A DNA stretch of 64,000 bases from an uncultured Chloroflexia bacterium. Its GTDB lineage: Bacteria; Chloroflexota; Chloroflexia; Thermomicrobiales; UBA6265. Numbering within the stretch: position 1 is the first letter of the stretch; each line of letters begins with the position of its first letter. The stretch spans positions 288,001 through 352,000 of the forward strand of contig CAVRUC010000013.1 of the NCBI GenBank assembly GCA_963724295.1. Reading direction: 5' to 3'. The notes below the pieces were generated by a model. It was not told the DNA's origin. It did no database searches and was given only the letters and a program-made list of their open reading frames with translations. A program made the translations under genes and the position numbers. Of this stretch, positions 1 through 9,496 are shown piece after piece.

Positions 1-112
1 CCGCGGGAAATACCGTTCGCGTCGATAGCCGGCGAACGATAGCATGCTGCCGCACGTACCGAAACCGCACCGAGCGACAACCGGGCACGATTCTCTCCGA
101 GGCAAGACCCCC

Positions 113-1756
113 ATGAGCGATTCCCAAAGTGAGAGCCCGCCGCAGGCGTTCCCACTGCTGACCGACGAGCAGATTGCCCTGCTGCGTCCGTTCGGCGAGG
201 TGCGCCCGACCCAGACCGGCGAAGTCCTCTTCGAGGTTGGCGACGCGACGTATCCGCTCGTCGTCGTCCTCAGCGGAGAGACCGCGATCATCGATCGCTC
301 CGATGGGAGCGACCAGCTGATCACCACCACCGGCCCCGGTGGCTTCAATGGCGAGCTAGGTCTGCTCACCGGGCAGATGGTCTTCGCCGCCTGTGTCGTC
401 CGCGAGCCGGGTGAGGTGCTTCTCGTTCCCCCGGCCGGCGTTCATGAGGCGATCGAGACGATCCCCGTGCTGAGCGACCTGCTGATCACGGCGTTTGCCT
501 GGCGTCGCCAGCTCCTGATGCGAGCCGCCGCGGCGACGCTCACCCTGATCGGGCCTGACTCGTCGCCGAGCATCTTGCGCCTGCAGGAGTTCGTCTCCCG
601 CAACCGCATCCCCAGCCGCTGGTTCCCGCCGGACGACCCTGTCGCTTCGGCGCTGCTGGACCGCTTCAATGCGCGTGGCGATGGTGAAGTCTGGGTCGTG
701 GTCCGCGGACAGAAAGCCCTGCGCGACCCCAGCATCCTCTACCTGGCCAAGGCCCTTGGTCTCGACCTGGCCGTCTACCAGGAGACGCTGGCCGATCTGA
801 TCGTGGTCGGCGCCGGTCCCGCCGGACTGGCGGCCGCGGTCTATGGGGCATCAGAGGGACTGACGACCGTCGCCGTCGACGATCTGGCCATCGGCGGTCA
901 GGCCGGCACCTCCTCGAAAATCGAGAACTATCTTGGCTTCCCGACGGGGATCTCCGGCGGCGAGCTGGCGTTCCGGGCCGAGGTGCAGGCGGTCAAGTTC
1001 GGCGCCAGGGTCACGGTGCCGCGGCAGGCAACGGCCCTGACTCGGGAGAACGGGCACTACGTGGTTCGCCTCGACGACAAGACCGATCTGCGCGGGCGGA
1101 GCGTCATCATCGCCACCGGCGCTCGCTATCGACGGCTCGGCCTGCCCCATCAGGAACGATTCGACGGCGCCGGCGTCTACTACGCCGCCACCGATCTCGA
1201 AGCCAGGCGATGTCGCGACGCTGAGGTGATCGTCGTCGGCGGCGGGAACTCGGCTGGACAGGCGGCGATGTTCCTGGCGGAATCGGCACGCTGCGTCCAC
1301 CTCGTCTACCGGGGCGCGGTGCTGGGACGGAGCATGTCCCAGTATCTGGTGTCGCGCCTGGAGCACGCGCCGAACGTGCACATTCACACCGGGACCGAGG
1401 TGCAGATATTGCGCGGGGCCGAACAGCTGGAGTCGGTAACCGTCGTCAACGGTCGCGGGCAGCGCGAGACGATCGCGACTCGCGCCGTGTTCGTGATGAT
1501 CGGCTCCGATCCGTGCACCGACTGGTTGCAGGGAGCGCTTGACCTCGACGAGCGGGGCTTTGTCGCAACGGGTCTGGCCACCGCGGACCCACGGCCGGGC
1601 GCGATGTCACCATATGAAACTAGTTTGCCCGGCGTTTTCGCGGTCGGCGATGTGCGAAGCGGCTCGATCAAGCGCGTCGCCTCCGCGGTCGGCGAAGGGT
1701 CGGTGGTCGTCCAGGCGGTGCATCAGTACCTGGCGACGATACGGAATGGCGAGTGA
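113..1756 (+). CDS. Cyclic-nucleotide-binding domain + thioredoxin-reductase-like FAD/NAD(P)H oxidoreductase
   Basis: N-terminal cNMP-like domain (GEVLFEVGD...GELGLL); GAGPAGL, IENYLGFP, ATGARY, GGGNSAG and GDVR TrxB motifs; ATG at 113 preferred over 44. Confidence 0.9.
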   Translation: MSDSQSESPPQAFPLLTDEQIALLRPFGEVRPTQTGEVLFEVGDATYPLVVVLSGETAIIDRSDGSDQLITTTGPGGFNGELGLLTGQMVFAACVVREPGEVLLVPPAGVHEAIETIPVLSDLLITAFAWRRQLLMRAAAATLTLIGPDSSPSILRLQEFVSRNRIPSRWFPPDDPVASALLDRFNARGDGEVWVVVRGQKALRDPSILYLAKALGLDLAVYQETLADLIVVGAGPAGLAAAVYGASEGLTTVAVDDLAIGGQAGTSSKIENYLGFPTGISGGELAFRAEVQAVKFGARVTVPRQATALTRENGHYVVRLDDKTDLRGRSVIIATGARYRRLGLPHQERFDGAGVYYAATDLEARRCRDAEVIVVGGGNSAGQAAMFLAESARCVHLVYRGAVLGRSMSQYLVSRLEHAPNVHIHTGTEVQILRGAEQLESVTVVNGRGQRETIATRAVFVMIGSDPCTDWLQGALDLDERGFVATGLATADPRPGAMSPYETSLPGVFAVGDVRSGSIKRVASAVGEGSVVVQAVHQYLATIRNGE

Positions 1757-1890
1757 GACGATCCGGTCAAGAGCAGATCCCACGCTGAAGCGGGAGTAGC
1801 GCCAGAAGGCAAGGGAGCAGCGGTCCCACAAGCCGGTCCGGGGTTTCGGCGTGGACGACCCGCGACGTCATTCGCCGCAATCGCCGGCCG

Positions 1891-2172
1891 CTACGCGCCC
1901 CCGGTGCCGGCGCCGAAACCGCCGCCGCGGGTATCGCCCAGACCGGCGCCGGGTTTGCCAGCGCCACCGACGTCTACGCCACCGAGGTCGGCCTGCTCCA
2001 CACCGGCCCCGCTGGCGCCAGGGTCGGTATCCGGGAGGTCACCACGTCCGACGTCCGTGGGCGGTGCACCCAGGCTCCCGGTGCCTTCCGCGTCTCCGCT
2101 GTTGCTGTCGTGGTCTCCGGCGGTGGTGTCGACCCAATCAGCTCCCCGGGTCCCACGATCGCGCTCGGTCAT
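1891..2172 (-). CDS. Small Gly/Asp-rich hydrophilic (likely disordered) protein
   Basis: 93-aa ORF with AGGAGG RBS 6 nt before ATG; low-complexity G/D/A composition. Confidence 0.6.
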   Translation of the reverse strand: MTERDRGTRGADWVDTTAGDHDSNSGDAEGTGSLGAPPTDVGRGDLPDTDPGASGAGVEQADLGGVDVGGAGKPGAGLGDTRGGGFGAGTGGA

Positions 2173-2357
2173 CTGCGGCCTCCTGGTATCTCATCAACTT
2201 CAACCGGGATAAGAACGGCAAACGCGCCGCCAGCACTCTGGGCGACGCGAGGTTGCCCTCTACCAGGAGACTGCGCATGTTCCATGCCGGGATGTCGCCG
2301 CCGATCCGAGTCGTCTCCGCTGTGCCGCGAGCCGCGGCGGCGTGCCGGCCGGAGCGC

Positions 2358-2513
2358 CTACCGCTCCCCTTCGGCCGGCTCGTCCGGATGCGGTGGGCGC
2401 GGCTGGTCCGCAACCTCACCCGGTTCGCGCGCACCCTCGGCTGGTTCGACCGGGTGGTTGTTGTGCCCGTCTTCAGTCGCGGTCCCTGCCGCGGGCTGCT
2501 GCTTCTCGACCAT
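2358..2513 (-). CDS. Small acidic hydrophilic hypothetical protein
   Basis: MVEKQQ...HPVEPAEGAREPG...HPDEPAEGER with internal HPxEPAEG repeat; weak RBS. Confidence 0.35.
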   Translation of the reverse strand: MVEKQQPAAGTATEDGHNNHPVEPAEGAREPGEVADQPRPPHPDEPAEGER

Positions 2514-2596
2514 GACCGTGACCCCAGTGCTCTTCCGCCGGACGACGAACCGACCGGTTATCGGCAAGGGTAGGCGAATCCAGTCATGGGTGGCTG

Positions 2597-3397
2597 TCAA
2601 AGAAATGACGGCAGCCGGTAGACAAAACCCGGGCCGCCAAGATACATCCCCGGGTCGACGTCGAGACATTGACTACCGGCGTAGAGGAGTGGCTCCCGCA
2701 CCGCCTCGGGCGGCTGCCCGGTTAGCTTCGTGACCGGGGTATGCCCGTGCACGAGCCGCCGGCCGCCGAAGTGTCGCAAGAACGCCCCGGCGCGCTCGGC
2801 TCCCGTCGTGGCGTCGACAAAGGCTCGGTGCTCGCTGAACTCGTCCAGCAACCGATCCCAGCCCATGATGTCGTCGCTCCGGAGCACATCGGTCATCGTC
2901 TGGTTGACCTGCGCGATTGATTGGCCGTAGTGGGTGTAGAGCAGTGCGTCGGCATGGGCGAGGAGGTGCTCGCCTTCCCGTGCCATCGCCGGCAGACTGG
3001 AGAGCCAGCGCACGTGATCGGGAGTGATGCGCTCCAGGTCAGTCTCCTGACCGCCGTTCTCTTGCCAATAGTCCCGGCACGTCTTCTCCGAGCCCGGGAT
3101 GGGCCGCGTGCCGAAACGGTGCGCGGCCAGCAGGAGCATGTCATGGTTGCCGAGCAACGCCCGCACGCGTCCCCCGGCCTCGGCAGCCTGTTGTTGCAAC
3201 CGCATGACCAGCTCGACGGCGCCAATGCCGTCCGGACCGTGATCGACCAGATCGCCCATGAGCCAGAGAGTGCTCTGCTCGCCGCACCAGGTCTCATTCC
3301 CGTCCGTGTCCGTGCGGATCAGATTCGCGCCGCGCAGCAGATCGCGCAGTTTCTCCAGCTCGCCATGAACGTCGCCGATGACGTGGACCGCGCTCAC
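2597..3397 (-). CDS. Calcineurin-like metallophosphoesterase (Shewanella-like phosphatase type)
   Basis: GDVHG, GDLVDHG, LGNHD and VHGHTP motifs; GGAGG before GTG at 3397. Confidence 0.9.
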   Translation of the reverse strand: MSAVHVIGDVHGELEKLRDLLRGANLIRTDTDGNETWCGEQSTLWLMGDLVDHGPDGIGAVELVMRLQQQAAEAGGRVRALLGNHDMLLLAAHRFGTRPIPGSEKTCRDYWQENGGQETDLERITPDHVRWLSSLPAMAREGEHLLAHADALLYTHYGQSIAQVNQTMTDVLRSDDIMGWDRLLDEFSEHRAFVDATTGAERAGAFLRHFGGRRLVHGHTPVTKLTGQPPEAVREPLLYAGSQCLDVDPGMYLGGPGFVYRLPSFL

Positions 3398-3537
3398 GAA
3401 TTCCTCCCCTGGAACGGGTTGGGCGCCCATCAAACATGTTCCCATGGTAGGGGAGAGACGCCAAAAAGAGGCGTCTCGATCCACCACGGAATCGAACCCC
3501 AACCCAGACCTATTCCGGAATAACGAGGTACCAAACG

Positions 3538-3574
3538 AGAAGCCGCCACATGATCCCGCCATGTGGCGGCTTCT
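3538..3574 (-). terminator. Intrinsic terminator hairpin downstream of the ABC operon
   Basis: Perfect 15-bp inverted repeat AGAAGCCGCCACATG / CATGTGGCGGCTTCT with a 7-nt loop, about 57 nt after the permease stop. Confidence 0.65.
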
Positions 3575-3630
3575 TGAAAATGCCGATCGATGATTTCGAG
3601 CCCGAGCCATGAAGCGTTCAGAGCACCAGG

Positions 3631-4500
3631 CTAGCCGCGTGTCACGCGTCCCCTCAGTGCGGCCAGCGCCAGCCCAATGCTGAAGACGCCGACGAGCACG
3701 ATGGCTGCCACCGCCTGCATGAGCAGAGCCGGCTGCCAGCCGCCGTAGAGAAGGGAGCGCAGCCCGGCCAGCAGATAGGTCATTGGATTGAAGCGGGCGA
3801 TGGTCGCCATCCAGCCGGTCAGCGCCTCCAGAGGCAGGCTGGCAGTGGTCAGGAAGACGAAGGGCATAAACAGCAAGAAGATAGTGTTGACCATGCCCGC
3901 CGACGCGGTCTTCAGTGCCATGGCGTAGGAGAATCCGGTGAACGCCAGTCCCCAGAAGCCGGAGATCAAGAGAAAGAGGAGCAGACCGAGCAGCCCGGTT
4001 TCGAAGCGGACACCGACGAGCATCCCAAGCAGGATAACCGGCACCGAGAGAATGATGATCTGGACGAAGTCCGCCGCCATCATCCCCAACACCAGCGGCA
4101 ACCGTCGCACTGGACTCATCAGCATGCGATCGAAATACCCCGACTGGATGTCCGTCACGACCGCGTGGGCGCGGGAAACACCGGTGACGGCGAAGATGAT
4201 CGCCGTCGGCAGCTGAAAGGCCCGGTAGTCGAGCCCGGGGATGCCGCGCTGAGCGAAATCCTGCAGCGTCCCAATGTTCACGGCGAAGAAGAAGACCGGG
4301 AAGATCAACCCCGGGATCATCAGCTCCGGCTCCCGCGGCAGCGCTCGCAGCGAGCGGAGGGCAACCGACCAGAGATCGGACCAGAAGCCTGCGGGCCGGG
4401 CCTCGATCGTCCCGGCGGGCCGGTGTGGCGGAGCAGCTGCTCGGCCATTGGACGCAAACGTTGTCTCATCGGGCCTGACGGGGGTTTGCAGAGCACTCAC
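3631..4500 (-). CDS. ABC-2 type exporter permease (DrrB-like)
   Basis: Six hydrophobic segments, DxxSGYFDRML and NPMTY motifs; overlaps the ATPase stop. Confidence 0.9.
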   Translation of the reverse strand: MSALQTPVRPDETTFASNGRAAAPPHRPAGTIEARPAGFWSDLWSVALRSLRALPREPELMIPGLIFPVFFFAVNIGTLQDFAQRGIPGLDYRAFQLPTAIIFAVTGVSRAHAVVTDIQSGYFDRMLMSPVRRLPLVLGMMAADFVQIIILSVPVILLGMLVGVRFETGLLGLLLFLLISGFWGLAFTGFSYAMALKTASAGMVNTIFLLFMPFVFLTTASLPLEALTGWMATIARFNPMTYLLAGLRSLLYGGWQPALLMQAVAAIVLVGVFSIGLALAALRGRVTRG

Positions 4501-5453
4501 GCGGCTTCTCCTTCTACGTCCAGGTGTTGACCGGTCAGGGTGAGAAAGACATCGTCGAGCGTCGGCTCGCGCAGGGTGAGTGAGCGCACCCGGATATCCG
4601 CCCCGGCCAGGGCAACAGCGATCGGCGAGACGTTCCCCGGGCCATCCGCGGTGGCGGCGAGGATTTCGTCGCCGCGGACCTCGACGCTGTCAACGCCGGG
4701 AAGCGCCGCGATCGTTGAGGTGGCGGTTGCGACGTTGTTTACCCGGACGGTGACGACGTCGGCGCCGATCGAACGCTTCAGCGCGGCCGGTGTACCTTCG
4801 GCGATGATCCGGCCGTGGTCAATGATGCCGACCCGGTCCGCCAGGGCATCTGCCTCCTCCAGGTACTGGGTCGTCAGGAAGATGGTCATCCCCAGATCAT
4901 GGTTGAGGCGCTGAACCTCCTCCCAGACTTTGGCTCGGGAGGCGGGATCGAGTCCGGTGGTCGGCTCGTCAAGGAAGAGCACCTCCGGGTTGTGGATCAG
5001 CGCCGCCGCCAGATCGACCCGCCGCTTCATCCCGCCGGAGTAGGTCTTGATCCGCTGCTCGAGCGCATCACCGATGTCGATCAGTCCCCGCAACTCGGTC
5101 AGCCGGGTGTCGATATCCGATCTGGAGAGTCCGTAATAGCGCCCCTGTTGACGGAGCAGCTCGGCGCCGGTCTGCTGGACGTCAAGCGCGGCCGACTGCA
5201 GCGCCGCCCCGATCCGCAGTCGAACCTGTCCCGGTTGCCGGGCCACATCGTATCCGGCAACTGTTGCCCGGCCGCCATTCAAGGCGGTCAGCGTGCAAAG
5301 CATGCGAGTGGTCGTCGACTTCCCGGCGCCATTTGGACCCAGGAAGCCATAGATCTCGCCGCGCCTGACGGCAAGATCGACGTGGTCCACGGCGACGAAC
5401 GAACCGAAGCGGCGCTCCAGCCCGGTCGCATCGATAGCGAGCTCCATCTTCAC
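4497..5453 (-). CDS. ABC exporter ATP-binding protein (DrrA-like)
   Basis: Walker A GPNGAGKS, YSGGMKRR signature, LFLDEPTTGLD, C-terminal PTLDDVFL; AAGGAG before GTG at 5453. Confidence 0.93.
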   Translation of the reverse strand: MKMELAIDATGLERRFGSFVAVDHVDLAVRRGEIYGFLGPNGAGKSTTTRMLCTLTALNGGRATVAGYDVARQPGQVRLRIGAALQSAALDVQQTGAELLRQQGRYYGLSRSDIDTRLTELRGLIDIGDALEQRIKTYSGGMKRRVDLAAALIHNPEVLFLDEPTTGLDPASRAKVWEEVQRLNHDLGMTIFLTTQYLEEADALADRVGIIDHGRIIAEGTPAALKRSIGADVVTVRVNNVATATSTIAALPGVDSVEVRGDEILAATADGPGNVSPIAVALAGADIRVRSLTLREPTLDDVFLTLTGQHLDVEGEAA

Positions 5454-5625
5454 GCGTCTCCTTGATTCCGGCATTCGAAGCTTGCGAGCCCATGTAGCGG
5501 CGCGACCATTACGGTCAGCGCCGATCGCCACGATCCCTCAGCGCGGCGAGATCAAGAAATGTCCGCGTGCTACCGAAAACAGTACGGGCCGCGATCATCA
5601 TTTACCGATCGCAGCCCGTACGTAC

Positions 5626-5654
5626 ATTGTAGAACATCAGTTCGTTTGTGTCAA
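5626..5654 (-). promoter_or_regulatory. Sigma70-type promoter of the ABC operon with a GAAC-N4-GTTC operator in the spacer
   Basis: Minus strand TTGACA-17nt-TACAAT; spacer contains GAACtgatGTTC (5632-5643). Confidence 0.7.
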
Positions 5655-5701
5655 CCGGGAAACGCGTTCCTGGTGTCGCCTTCGGCTTTTATGGACGACG
5701 T

Positions 5702-6745
5702 TCAGGCGCCAAGAACAGCGCCGATCACGCGCGAGAAGTTCCCGAAGTAGATCTTGCGCAGGTCCTCCTCGGTGTAGCCACGCCCGAGCAGCTCGGCGGT
5801 GAGACCGGGGAGGTCCGCCCAGGTTCTCATCCCCGGGAAGGAGAGCTGGCCCAGGCTCCCGCCAGGATTCCAGGCCGGGATCTCCTGGGCCGCGCCCATC
5901 GCCATGATCTCGTCGTAGAAGTCGCAGCCGACACCCACATGGTCGATTCCGACCAGCTTGACGATGTGGTCGATGTGATCGGCCCAGCGCGCGATCGTCG
6001 GCTCGCCGTCCGCGATGTAGCCGGCGACCGCCACCACGCCGACCAGCCCGCCGGACGCCGCGATGGCCTCGATCATCGGGTCGGTAAGATTGCGGGGGTG
6101 GTCCCGGATGGCGCGGACATTCGAATGGCTGGCGATCACCGGCTGCGTCGACGATTCCAGGACGTCCCAGGTCGTCTGGTCGGACGCGTGCGAGACGTCG
6201 GCGATGATGCCCAGGCGGTTCATCTCGCCCACGGCCTGCCGGCCCAAGCGGGTCAGCCCGCCGCGTGAGTCGTTCTCCCAGGCGCCATCGCCGAACGCGG
6301 TACGCCGCATCCAGGCGAAGGAGAGCATGCGCAGGCCGAGGCGGTAGAAGAGGCGCAATGCGGCAAGGTCCTGTCCGAGCGGCTCCGCCCCCTCGAAGGC
6401 GAGGAGCGCGGCGATCTGACCGCCGGCGGTGATGCGCTCGACGTCGGCGAGGCTCAGAGCGAGCTCGATTTCGGGGCAGGCCGCGATCTCCTCGAGCAGC
6501 GCGTCGACGAGCTGCACGGCGCGGCGCAGGGCGCCTTCCGGCAAGAAGATGGAGTCGATGTAGACGGCGCAGACGACGAGGTTGACCCCGCCGGCGCGTA
6601 GACGCGGCAGCCATTCCGTGGCGAGGGATCCTTCACTGCCGTCGAACCGTCGCTTGAGCAGCCCTAACGGCAGATCGCTGTGGAGGTCGGCGAAACCGAT
6701 CCGACGCGTCAGTTGCTCATCACCATCTGAAGAGTGCGTCGACAT
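5702..6745 (-). CDS. Membrane dipeptidase (peptidase M19)
   Basis: DLHSD, EGAEPL, DVSHAS, ASHSN, RNLTD and HVGVGCDF motifs. Confidence 0.92.
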   Translation of the reverse strand: MSTHSSDGDEQLTRRIGFADLHSDLPLGLLKRRFDGSEGSLATEWLPRLRAGGVNLVVCAVYIDSIFLPEGALRRAVQLVDALLEEIAACPEIELALSLADVERITAGGQIAALLAFEGAEPLGQDLAALRLFYRLGLRMLSFAWMRRTAFGDGAWENDSRGGLTRLGRQAVGEMNRLGIIADVSHASDQTTWDVLESSTQPVIASHSNVRAIRDHPRNLTDPMIEAIAASGGLVGVVAVAGYIADGEPTIARWADHIDHIVKLVGIDHVGVGCDFYDEIMAMGAAQEIPAWNPGGSLGQLSFPGMRTWADLPGLTAELLGRGYTEEDLRKIYFGNFSRVIGAVLGA

Positions 6746-7212
6746 CAGACCATCGCTCCCGCACACCAACATAGCCAAGGTGTGATTCTGATCCCGCAGG
6801 CGAACTGCGAGTTGCAGAATCTCGTGGTTCGCCAACGATTGCAACCAACGACGAGATTCCTCGCGCGCTTCTATGAAAAACTCGCCGAAAAACCCGAACG
6901 GACGCGGAACGGGTTTTCATGCCGTGGTGATGCCCCACCGGGGCATGACTACTCGGAATGACACCTGTTCCGTTCGGCGAAGGCAAAGATGGCCAACGCG
7001 GCAAAGGTGATGAACCTGATGAAGTTGATGAACTTCTCAGGTGCCGGGAACTTGCAAATCTTTGCCGCCGGTCACTAGCAAGGTTGAACCCATCTTCCCA
7101 ATACGCGGCACGCCAGGCGGCCAGTGCGACTGGTGGGACAATCCCGCCGGAGCGCCGGTTGCGACCCGGGCGTAAACCGAGCGGCGCGAGCGGGCTGGTG
7201 CCCGCTCGGCGG

Positions 7213-7632
7213 TCAGCACATTACCATCAGATGAAACCCCTTGTCGGCCGCCACTCGGCTCCCACTCGTGTCATAGGTGAAGACGGTCACGCTCGTCGAT
7301 CCAGCAGTGACGGAGGCCGAGCCAAATTCGTAGAAGTACGAAATCTGGGCGACCTTGGCGCACTCACTGACGTCCCGATTGAAGGTGACCTCATACGCGC
7401 CGTTGCCCTGGAGCTTTTTCGCCGAAGTCGCGCCGCGCGTGAAGGCGAGGCTGCCATTGGAGTCGACGATCGCCCAGAGCGTCTTCTGTTGCCGCTTTCG
7501 CTTCTTCGCCTTCGTCTCGGCGCCCCGCGAGAGCGCAATGGCGCTCAGCAGCGCGCCCATGAGTAGCGACCGACGCTGGGTTCCGTTTCCGGCCAGACTT
7601 CGGTTCAGCGCATCCAATCCGGATCGATCCAT
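7213..7632 (-). CDS. Secreted hypothetical protein with Tat-like leader
   Basis: GAGGAG RBS; MDRSGLDALNRSL...QRRSLL leader, hydrophobic core and KKRKR tract. Confidence 0.75.
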   Translation of the reverse strand: MDRSGLDALNRSLAGNGTQRRSLLMGALLSAIALSRGAETKAKKRKRQQKTLWAIVDSNGSLAFTRGATSAKKLQGNGAYEVTFNRDVSECAKVAQISYFYEFGSASVTAGSTSVTVFTYDTSGSRVAADKGFHLMVMC

Positions 7633-7812
7633 GACTGTCTCCTCTTGTGCCCTATGCCGCTCGATGCCCGCCCGAGCGACTCGCCGTACCCATCCACGCG
7701 AAACCAGGCGCGATCGAGCGCTACCCGGCCTCTGGTTGCAGGTCGCTGGTTCTCGCCGTCCATCGACACGCCGACCTGCTCTGGTTCTCAGAGTAGGAGG
7801 CTGCTGGTCAGC

Positions 7813-7850
7813 GCACATGGGCAGAACTGCGCATTCGGGTTACGCATTTG
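7813..7850. repeat. 38-bp inverted-repeat copy A (partner at 8101-8138)
   Basis: gcacatgggcagaactgcgcattcgggttacgcatttg; 36/38 identical to the reverse complement of 8101-8138. Confidence 0.85.
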
Positions 7851-8100
7851 CCACTGTCAGGAAGCACCGGAGTAGGGTGGTATACGTAGAGGGCGGAACC
7901 GAGGTAACTCAGCCGCTCAGCGGCGGGGGTCAGGTCCGTCGAGTTCACGGCTTGGTCGATGCCGGCCAACCGCCGCCTAATCACGAGCCCCACGACCGAG
8001 ACACTGTTCCCGGCCCGCGGCATCCCAGGTGGCTAGCGCGATAGCTGGGACGTTCTGCCGCATACGTATACCCCCTCCGTTTCATCCCTCTTGCCGGCAC

Positions 8101-8138
8101 CAAATGCGTAGCCCGAATGCGCAGTTTTGCCCATGTGC
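8101..8138. repeat. 38-bp inverted-repeat copy B
   Basis: caaatgcgtagcccgaatgcgcagttttgcccatgtgc. Confidence 0.85.
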
Positions 8139-8239
8139 CGCCGCGGACGGTTTCTTACCCTGAAAACCAGGACAGGTGGCCGCGTCGAGGGACGACGAGA
8201 TCCGACCAACTGAGGTCAGCAGCCGAAAGGAGGTGTTCC

Positions 8240-8326
8240 ATGAGCCGCTACCTACGGAGCGTCGCGCTCGATCCACCCAGCTCCGTCGTCACGATAGGCC
8301 CGGAGCACGAGGCGCCGGGACGATAG
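8240..8326 (+). CDS. Putative 28-aa small peptide
   Basis: Strong AAGGAGGT RBS before ATG; MSRYLRSVALDPPSSVVTIGPEHEAPGR. Confidence 0.35.
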   Translation: MSRYLRSVALDPPSSVVTIGPEHEAPGR

Positions 8327-8428
8327 GGATAGGTGGCGTGCCAATTCTCCCGGGTCGCGGGAGGGCAGCGCACACCATGGATTGCATGAGCGGCCGGATC
8401 GCGTCTGGGCCGCTGAGAGGAGAAGACC

Positions 8429-9007
8429 GTGATCCGTGTCGCAAGATTGCTGACGCTTTTCGCCGCTTTGGCCCTCATCGTCGGCCTCGCGGGATCTGTG
8501 ACCGCCAAGGGCCGCCACTCCAACGCCAAGGGCGTGACCCTGGCCAAGGAGGTTCCCTCCGACCTGACGCCGCCAGCCAGCGCCGTCTTCCTCTTCGAGC
8601 TCGGGGCGCGTGGGGACCAGATCTACACCTGTGCGGCCAAGCCGGATGACCCCAACGCCTTCGTCTGGACCTTCAAAGCCCCGCGGGCCGAGTTGTTCAA
8701 TGCACGCGACGAGGTCGTGGGAACCCACTTCGGCGGACCCACCTGGCAGGGCCAGGATGGCAGCGGTGTCGTTGGCGCGGTCGTCAAGCGCGCCGATGCC
8801 CCGTCCAAGAACGCGATCCAATGGCTCCTGCTGGAGGCGAAGTCGCATGCCGGCGCCGGCGCCTTCTCCACGATCACCCACATTCAGCGGCTCGACACCA
8901 AAGGCGGCGTCGCCCCCAGTAAGGGATGCGATGCGACCCACGAGGGTGAGCAAGTGGGCGTCCCCTATGAGGCGACGTATGCCTTCTACTATCCGGCCGC
9001 GTCCTGA
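8429..9007 (+). CDS. DUF3455 family secreted protein
   Basis: Signal peptide; GDQIYTC, WTFKAPRAEL, GTHFGGPTW, IQWLLL, IQRLDTKGGVAP and YxATYxFY motifs. Confidence 0.85.
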   Translation: MIRVARLLTLFAALALIVGLAGSVTAKGRHSNAKGVTLAKEVPSDLTPPASAVFLFELGARGDQIYTCAAKPDDPNAFVWTFKAPRAELFNARDEVVGTHFGGPTWQGQDGSGVVGAVVKRADAPSKNAIQWLLLEAKSHAGAGAFSTITHIQRLDTKGGVAPSKGCDATHEGEQVGVPYEATYAFYYPAAS

Positions 9008-9496
9008 TCCGCAAACCGACGGCGGAGGCCGCAACGCCTGAGGGTTCTACGAGCCGATGATCATGCTCAGCGCCACTGCCTGGTTTACCCCGGGCGGTGG
9101 CGTTCGTTGTGGGTGGGATGGGGGATGGCGTCAGGCGATTCACCATCGCTACTCGAGCAACCAGAGTGCGATCCATGCGAGCTGACCGAGAGCGACGGTG
9201 GCAAGCGCGGGGCGGAAAGCTTTGGCGACCAAGCGCAGCGGTGAGGTCGGTCGGCGCACCACGGCCGCCAGGGGACACAACGCCGGCGAGCAGCAGCAGT
9301 GGTGTGGGCAGCATCCAACTCTTGCGAGGTAGGGTTTCAGAGGCGTGCGAGACACACGATGCGGCCCGGAGCCGAAGACGAGGGCCAAATCACCCGGCCC
9401 ACACTACGCAAGCAGCCCAGCCCTCACACGTCTATGATGCCCGCCCGCGGCCACGCACGTGGCGACCGCTCGCACGGTAACGGCAGGAGAACGATC

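Noticed and set aside
9010..9490. Long intergenic region as a riboswitch or ncRNA
   Set aside because: No recognisable conserved RNA motif by eye; an Rfam search would be needed
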